Assembly (NCBI GenBank): GCA_026025795.1
Contig: JAPEUG010000129.1
Span: 1-39,474 of the forward strand
DNA from: Thelocarpon superellum
Lineage: Eukaryota
DNA: 39,474 bases
Direction of reading: 5' to 3'
Below the pieces are notes generated by a model that did no database searches, was not told where the DNA came from, and was given only the letters and a program-made list of their open reading frames with translations. The number at the start of each line of letters is the position of its first letter. The stretch's first letter is position 1. The translations under genes were made by a program, and so were the position numbers. Positions 33,797 to 39,474 of the stretch are shown here, piece by piece.

Positions 33797-34060
33797 CGTG
33801 CGTGGGCGGACGGATGGCTAGATCTCGCTGTGCTCTGTGCCGTTCATCCGGAAATGCAGAGGGAAGGTCAAGAAAAGTACGAGGCTCATGACTGTGACTA
33901 CGCATTGGCCTCTACGGCGTCATCGTCGACGGTCAGTCGGTCCAACACCCCCGGCCCCCTGCACCTCGGCTTGAGTTGCTGCCGCACTGTGGTTACGCGT
34001 ATCGTTCCCCGGTTCAAGTACGAAACGGCCTGGGTGCACTCCGTCCGAGGTGAATGTAGG

Positions 34061-34203
34061 ACTACGACTACGACCACTGCCACTACCACTACCACTACCA
34101 CTACCACTACCACTACCACTACCACTAGTCCGTCCTATGATCAAGACATTGTCTTATTCTTGTGGGTCCTGTCTGACTACCCATGCCCATGCCCATGCCC
34201 ATG
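34061..34203. repeat. (ACCACT)n and (CCCATG)4 microsatellites upstream of SCO1
   Basis: ACTACC-type units at 34061-34127; CCCATG x4 at 34180-34203. Confidence 0.9.
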
Positions 34204-34976
34204 TTGACGCCGGCGCAGATGCAGATGCTGCGTGGTTGCGTGCGGAGGGTCATGGGAAGGAAGACGGGAGTGCTGTCGTTACACCGAACCCGTACCTGTG
34301 CAGAGAGTCTCTGTCGATACTATGGAGAGTGTAGGTTCTTGGTGCGAGACCCTGAAGGTGGGGCTACCCGTGATCACGCAGCGCCCGGTATGTATGCGTT
34401 GGCGCAAGGTCAGTTTCAAGAATGCACTGCTCCCACTTCCACTTCTACCCGTCCGAGTCCACGGTCTCACGCGATGCAGCATTACCAGACTACCAGACAT
34501 GCTTATTACCTACTGGACACAGGAAATACATAGGAGACTCGCTCTACTACCACCGCAGGACGGACAAAGAGATCACGAAAGGAGGAACGAAGGAGAAACG
34601 CCCCCAAAGTGCCATGGAGACAGCCTTTCCCTAGCCACGAGATGGACAGATGGATCAACGCACGACGCACGATGCACGATGCACGATGCACAGAAGAGCG
34701 GTGACGGATCAAGTCTGCATGGCTGCATGGCTGCATGGGACGCACGCCATACCATATGTAAGTCAGAAGGCCGCCCGGTGGTTCCTTTCACTTCCTTGCA
34801 CTTCCCCACCCCCGCTCCCCGCTCGCCCCTCCTTGATCCCTTGCTGGGACCCTCGCTAGGAGCCTGCGGGAGAGTTGCTGGAGACGGCCGTGGAATGCAC
34901 CTCTATGAAATCCTGCTCCCCGGGCCAACCGCTGGCGCCGCCGATGCGCTCGCCGGTCCCAGCCCTCGGCAGCAAA

Positions 34977-37726
34977 TCACCGACGACTGGCAATGCTGGC
35001 CCGACTGGCGCTGGTTCGACTCCGCTCATCCTCCTCCAGGATTCCGCTCAGGCGTGTCGGGTGGTGATGTTGTGACACGTTCTCCCACGCCGAGCCATAC
35101 TGCGCGCCGCTGTAATCCGCGCCGGGCTCGCTCCATGTTGCACCTCCACCACCTCCATTTCCACCTCCGCGTCCCGCCGCCGGCGCCGTCGCCGTCGCCG
35201 TTGCCGTCGCCGTCGATGTCGGGACATAGTCGCTGCTGGACACGGCGCCATATCGCGCCGCATGGGCCCGTTCACGCTCGAGGTCCTCGCGGACGTCATA
35301 GTCGTCGCTCCCCTCCGACGCCAGCCCGCGACGATAGGCGATCCGTTGGCCCTGCGGGTCGAGGCGGTAGTCACCGCGTTCATCGAGCTCAAAGTCCACC
35401 TCGCTGACCGTCGCCACTTCCGACAACGGAGACTGCAGCGTACGCTCCGGCATCCCAGTCGCGCCCACACCCTCTGGCTCGTGGATCGAGGTGCCCGAAT
35501 GCTGGTAGAACTGCGCCGCGCGCGATGACGGGCCTTGAGAGCTTGGCGCCGCTGCGCTGGCCGACACGCCTGGATCAAAGGGCGCGTGGGACCGTGGCGG
35601 GTTCGCAGTACGCGTGTTGGGCGTCACGACCGCGCCGTTGCTCGTCGTCGGTGGCAGCTGGCTCGGCCGCGAGGCCGCCTCTCGTTCCGACTGCGACGAC
35701 GAGCGACCGCGTCTCGCAGTGTCCACGTACGCCTCCTCCCGCCGTGGGCCCGAATCCGACGCATACGGGGCGTATCCGCCGTGGGCCTCGGCACCTTCGC
35801 GCCCGTACTGTTCCGCTCTCGTCTGGCTGGCCGGTCCCGTGCGGCTGGCCTCGCTCGCGCCGGCGCCCTCGCGGGTGGGCGGTTGGTTGACGCTACCGTG
35901 CCGGCTAAGGCCGCCTTGCCCGGTCGGCACAACCTGGACCCCACCGACCAAGGTGGGGATGCCCTCCCGCAGCGAGCGCGTGCGTTCGATCTCTTCTTGT
36001 TCGCGGCGACCCAGCTCCTCCCACGCCCGCCGCGCTTCTTCCTTGGAGATTTGCAACTCGCGCTTCATCTCCTCCACCATCGTTTCCGCGATCGATCGCG
36101 CCTTTTCTGCCCGCGTCACCAGCGCCAACGCCTCCACGCGCTGTGCCCGTTCACGTCGAAGGTTGGTCTCGAGCTCGCCTTGCAACTCCGCCGCGCGCTC
36201 CTGTTCCGCCCGGGTCTCGAAGAACCAGCGTTGGAACTTCCGTTCCGATGACGCCCGCAGTCGTTGCAGCTCCACCACCGCGTGGAAGAGATTGGCCCCG
36301 GCCGCGGACAGGTCCGTGATCTGGCGCGACATCTGCTGCGCGAGCGGTTCCTGTCGCACTTCGTCGCTGTTCTGCTCCAAGCGCCGGATCCAGTAGGACG
36401 TCAGACCCTCCCAGTGCGACGACAGCGTCTCCCATCGTTCAAAGGCATGAGGAAAGGACGAGGCGGTGGGGTTGCGTGACGGCTGGCCTTCGGACGCTTG
36501 CCCGCCCTGGGTCGGCTGTGAGCTGGAAGGTGCGGCCGAGATACCCGCCTGCGCTTGTGACGATTGCGCCGTCACGGGAGCGGGCCGGTGTTGTGATCGT
36601 GGGGGAGGCTGGCTGTGTCCCGCGTCTGGTGCGGTCGACGACACCTGGCCTGGCGCCGACCGACCCGCTGGTTGTGAGGCCGAGGGGACGCGTGCGCGGC
36701 TGGACGGACCCGAGGCCATGCGAGGGCCGTCGCCGCCGCCGCCGGGGCCGCTCGCGCGGGGGATTGAGGTTTCGGCCGGGGGCCGGTCGGGAGGAAGATG
36801 GGCGGCCGTGGCGGGCGGAACCCGTGAAGACGTCGTTCGCGAGGGAACGCTGCCGGACAGGCGATCGGCCGCTCGCCGCTCGCCGGCATACAACGGGCCG
36901 GCGGGGTTCGCCGTTGCGCCGGGCCCACCCGACGGACGACGATCCGATGCGTCGCCTGTCCCGGCGGTGGGCCGGCCTTCAGCAACGCCAACAGCGGCAG
37001 CTCGCCGCTCGGCACTCCTCCTCCGGTCCTCTTGGCCGCGTCGCCGATCCTCGTCATCCTGTTCCTTCTCCTTGGCTTCGATCTCAGCTTTCCGTCGTGC
37101 CTCGCGTGCCTGCCGCTCCCGCATGATGTCGCGAGGGCCACGCACGCCGGGGGCAGAGTATTGCGCGGCCGGGGCCGACGTGGATACGGGCGCGGGTGCG
37201 GGCGCGGGCGCGCGCGAGGCGCCGTTGCTGGTGCCGCGCACGTTGCTGCTCGCCACCTTCGACGCGCCCGAGCCGAGAAGATCCGACATCGAAGCGGTCT
37301 CCTCGTTGAGGTCCGGCGTAAAGGGAAAGGGGGTGCGGATGGCTTCTTCGAGGGCGTAGAGGATGGCGGAGGCGGTGCGGCGCGAGATGTGCGTCGATCG
37401 TTGGAGTCGAGCGAGCGGTTGCGGCTCCCACCGGTCATTCGCGTTGGACGGTCCGGGGGTAGATGAGCCCTCGAGATCGTCGCTCAGAGCACCCTGTGCG
37501 CGGTGCTGCAGAACGGTGGAGGTCGGGGTGACGGCGGCTTCTTGGTATGGCGGACGCTCGACCGACGCTACCGGACGATCGCCACGACTTGGCTCTTCGA
37601 ATCGGCCCGTCCGGCGGAGCGAGCGGCCAAGGCTACCGGAGGAGCTTGAGGGCGGGGTTTTGAGAGTACGGGTGGAGAGCGACGGCCGCTGTTGGCGTTG
37701 CGCATAGGGATAGGGAGATGTTACGG
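34977..37726 (-). CDS. Large, mostly disordered protein with a central coiled coil, unknown function; 5' end unresolved (first in-frame ATG at 37289, giving 770 aa)
   Basis: Open frame of more than 900 codons. Ordered block SSFPHAFERWETLSSHWEGLTSYWIRRLEQN...AAGANLFHAVVELQRLRASSERKFQRWF, then coiled coil and C-terminal HHHPTRLSGILEEDERSRTS. Confidence 0.8.
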
Positions 37727-39474
37727 CTTCGTGGACGTCGTGAGGATCGTTAGTGGTCGGGGGTTGTTGAGACGTCACGCTTGCCGTTGACGACCAGACC
37801 AACGGGAATCTGGGCGACAAGGCGACGGACAGCGGTCGCGCGCGAACAGGCCGTCCGCGGCGAGCCTGGGAGAGTGGGGAAAAAGTTACCCGGCGACGGG
37901 GATGGTCGGGGCGCACAGGCGGCGCTCGCGATCGTGGACGATGACGATGTCGGTGATGGTGTTTGGAATGCTCGCGTGGATGCTGGAGCGGGAAGGTGGA
38001 CGCTGGCCGTGTAGGAGCTTAGAAGCTCGGACACAATGTGAGGAATGCTTGTGAAGGGACGCGGAGGAGCTGACAACGTGGTCAGCACATGTGGACCAAG
38101 CCAGCGAAAGTTGGCGGCGTGCAATGGCCATGGCAATAACGGCAATTGGCGGAATTCGGGTGGTTGGACGAATCGCTTTTTTTCTCCCTCGCCAACCGAA
38201 ATCGCGGAGGTTGGAGGTTGGAGGTCGGAGTTTGACAGGTTTAACGAGCACCACCGAACACGAAATACTGAAATTCACCGAATAATAGCGTCACCCACCT
38301 TTGGTCGCACCCTTCACTTTTCGCTTCCGCTTTCGCTGTCGCTCTCGCTTTCGCTTCCGCTTGGTTCTGCCAAAACGTGCAATTGGTCCGGTCGGTCCAA
38401 CACGTCACGCCCGCAAAACGAGAGATGGGCGTGGGCTATCGTCACCGTGGTCGCTGCGCGTCGGAAGAATTCAACCGTCGTCCGGGCCGGTTGCCGCTCC
38501 GCGTTCCGCGAAGCTCGCTGCTCGCTGGTGGTCGAATGCAAAATGCGATGGCCGCAGCAGGTCGACCGAGCACCGCCAAGTCGATTCAATTTTTGCGCCC
38601 CGGTCGGAGCGCGCAAGGACGAGAATGGTAGGTGAATGCGTCGTGATGACATGCTACGGTCAGGATCGTGCCAATGGGGAAGCACACCGGGCGGCCGATG
38701 AAGGCGACAAGGGCGACGACGCTGGAGCGCTACACCGCAGGATAGCTGACGCTCGCATGCAAGCGATGGCGGTCAGACTGGCGAGAGCAGCCGGGATGGA
38801 GGGAAGAGGCAATGGAATCACGATCAATTGCATGGGCAGGGAAGCACAGACGCCGTCACATTGGACCAAAGATGACGACGATGCTCGAGCAGTCGTCGCC
38901 TCCGCCCTGGGCGCGAGAGTGGAGTGGCATGGTGGACCGCGCCGTGCTGCGGAGGGAAGAAAAGCGATGGCTGGTGTTGTGCGTTGTGCGTTGGCAAAAT
39001 CCACCACCTCGCGCCTCGCACCTCGCGCCTCGACCGCTTGCTCCAATACCCCTGCCCCAGCGACGAGGATGGTGCAGGGCCGAGTACTCGCAGCACTGGT
39101 TGAGCAGCAGCGACGCAGTGACGAGGACTAGAGCACCGGGTGCAGACGACTCCGGACTACTACTGCTCTAGTAGGGCGTAGAGCTTGCCCCGGCGGAAGA
39201 CGCCAGCGGCCAGCAGGACGGGTCGGTGACGGCGAGTTGGTGCTGGCTGGCCCGAACCACCCCGGTCGGCGCAAAGCCAGGTCGCAACACGTCAAGACGC
39301 CACGATTCCTCCTCGGGACGCAACGAGGACTCGCACCGGAGCCGCGAACCAGTGGCATAGCTACAAGTCCTTGTATGGGACGAAGTTCTCCTTGTAAGAG
39401 TGTGGCTCGGCGCGGCGCGCGCTCACCGCACCGCAGCCCCACACGACCGCCGACGGGGAAGCGGCCGCCAGTGC

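Noticed and set aside
34232..35407. 391-aa plus-strand ORF
   Set aside because: Runs through microsatellites and antisense to the large minus-strand gene; no motifs.
38301..39442. ORFs of 104-276 aa at the window end
   Set aside because: No recognisable product; probably promoter or leader of the large minus-strand gene.

Overview
GC-rich (roughly 60%) eukaryotic DNA from a filamentous ascomycete (Pezizomycotina-type introns, mostly 50-100 nt, with GT...CTRAY...YAG signals). I hand-spliced 14 protein-coding genes. In order: MFS transporter (+), secreted histidine acid phosphatase/phytase (+), small secreted single-TM protein (-), GPI2/PIG-C (+), ANXC4-type annexin (+), non-core septin (-), a head-to-head pair of orphan secreted proteins, Vps62-family protein (-), TOK1 K+ channel (+), Ser/Thr-rich single-pass membrane protein (+), Ded1/Dbp1-like DEAD-box helicase (+, 8 introns), SCO1 (-) and a large disordered/coiled-coil protein (-). 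The main oddities are: (1) two copies of a 90-91 bp TGT...ACA mobile element, each with its own target-site duplication and a twin-CACGTG dyad; (2) an in-frame, stop-free SCO1 intron inflated by a (CCACCT)n tract that would encode poly-Pro if retained; (3) a GC-AG intron inside the helicase Walker A motif; (4) a large gene whose frame stays open far upstream of its first ATG (possible non-AUG start). I saw no rRNA, tRNA, CRISPR array or intact transposase/RT. Family assignments come from motif recognition, not database searches.
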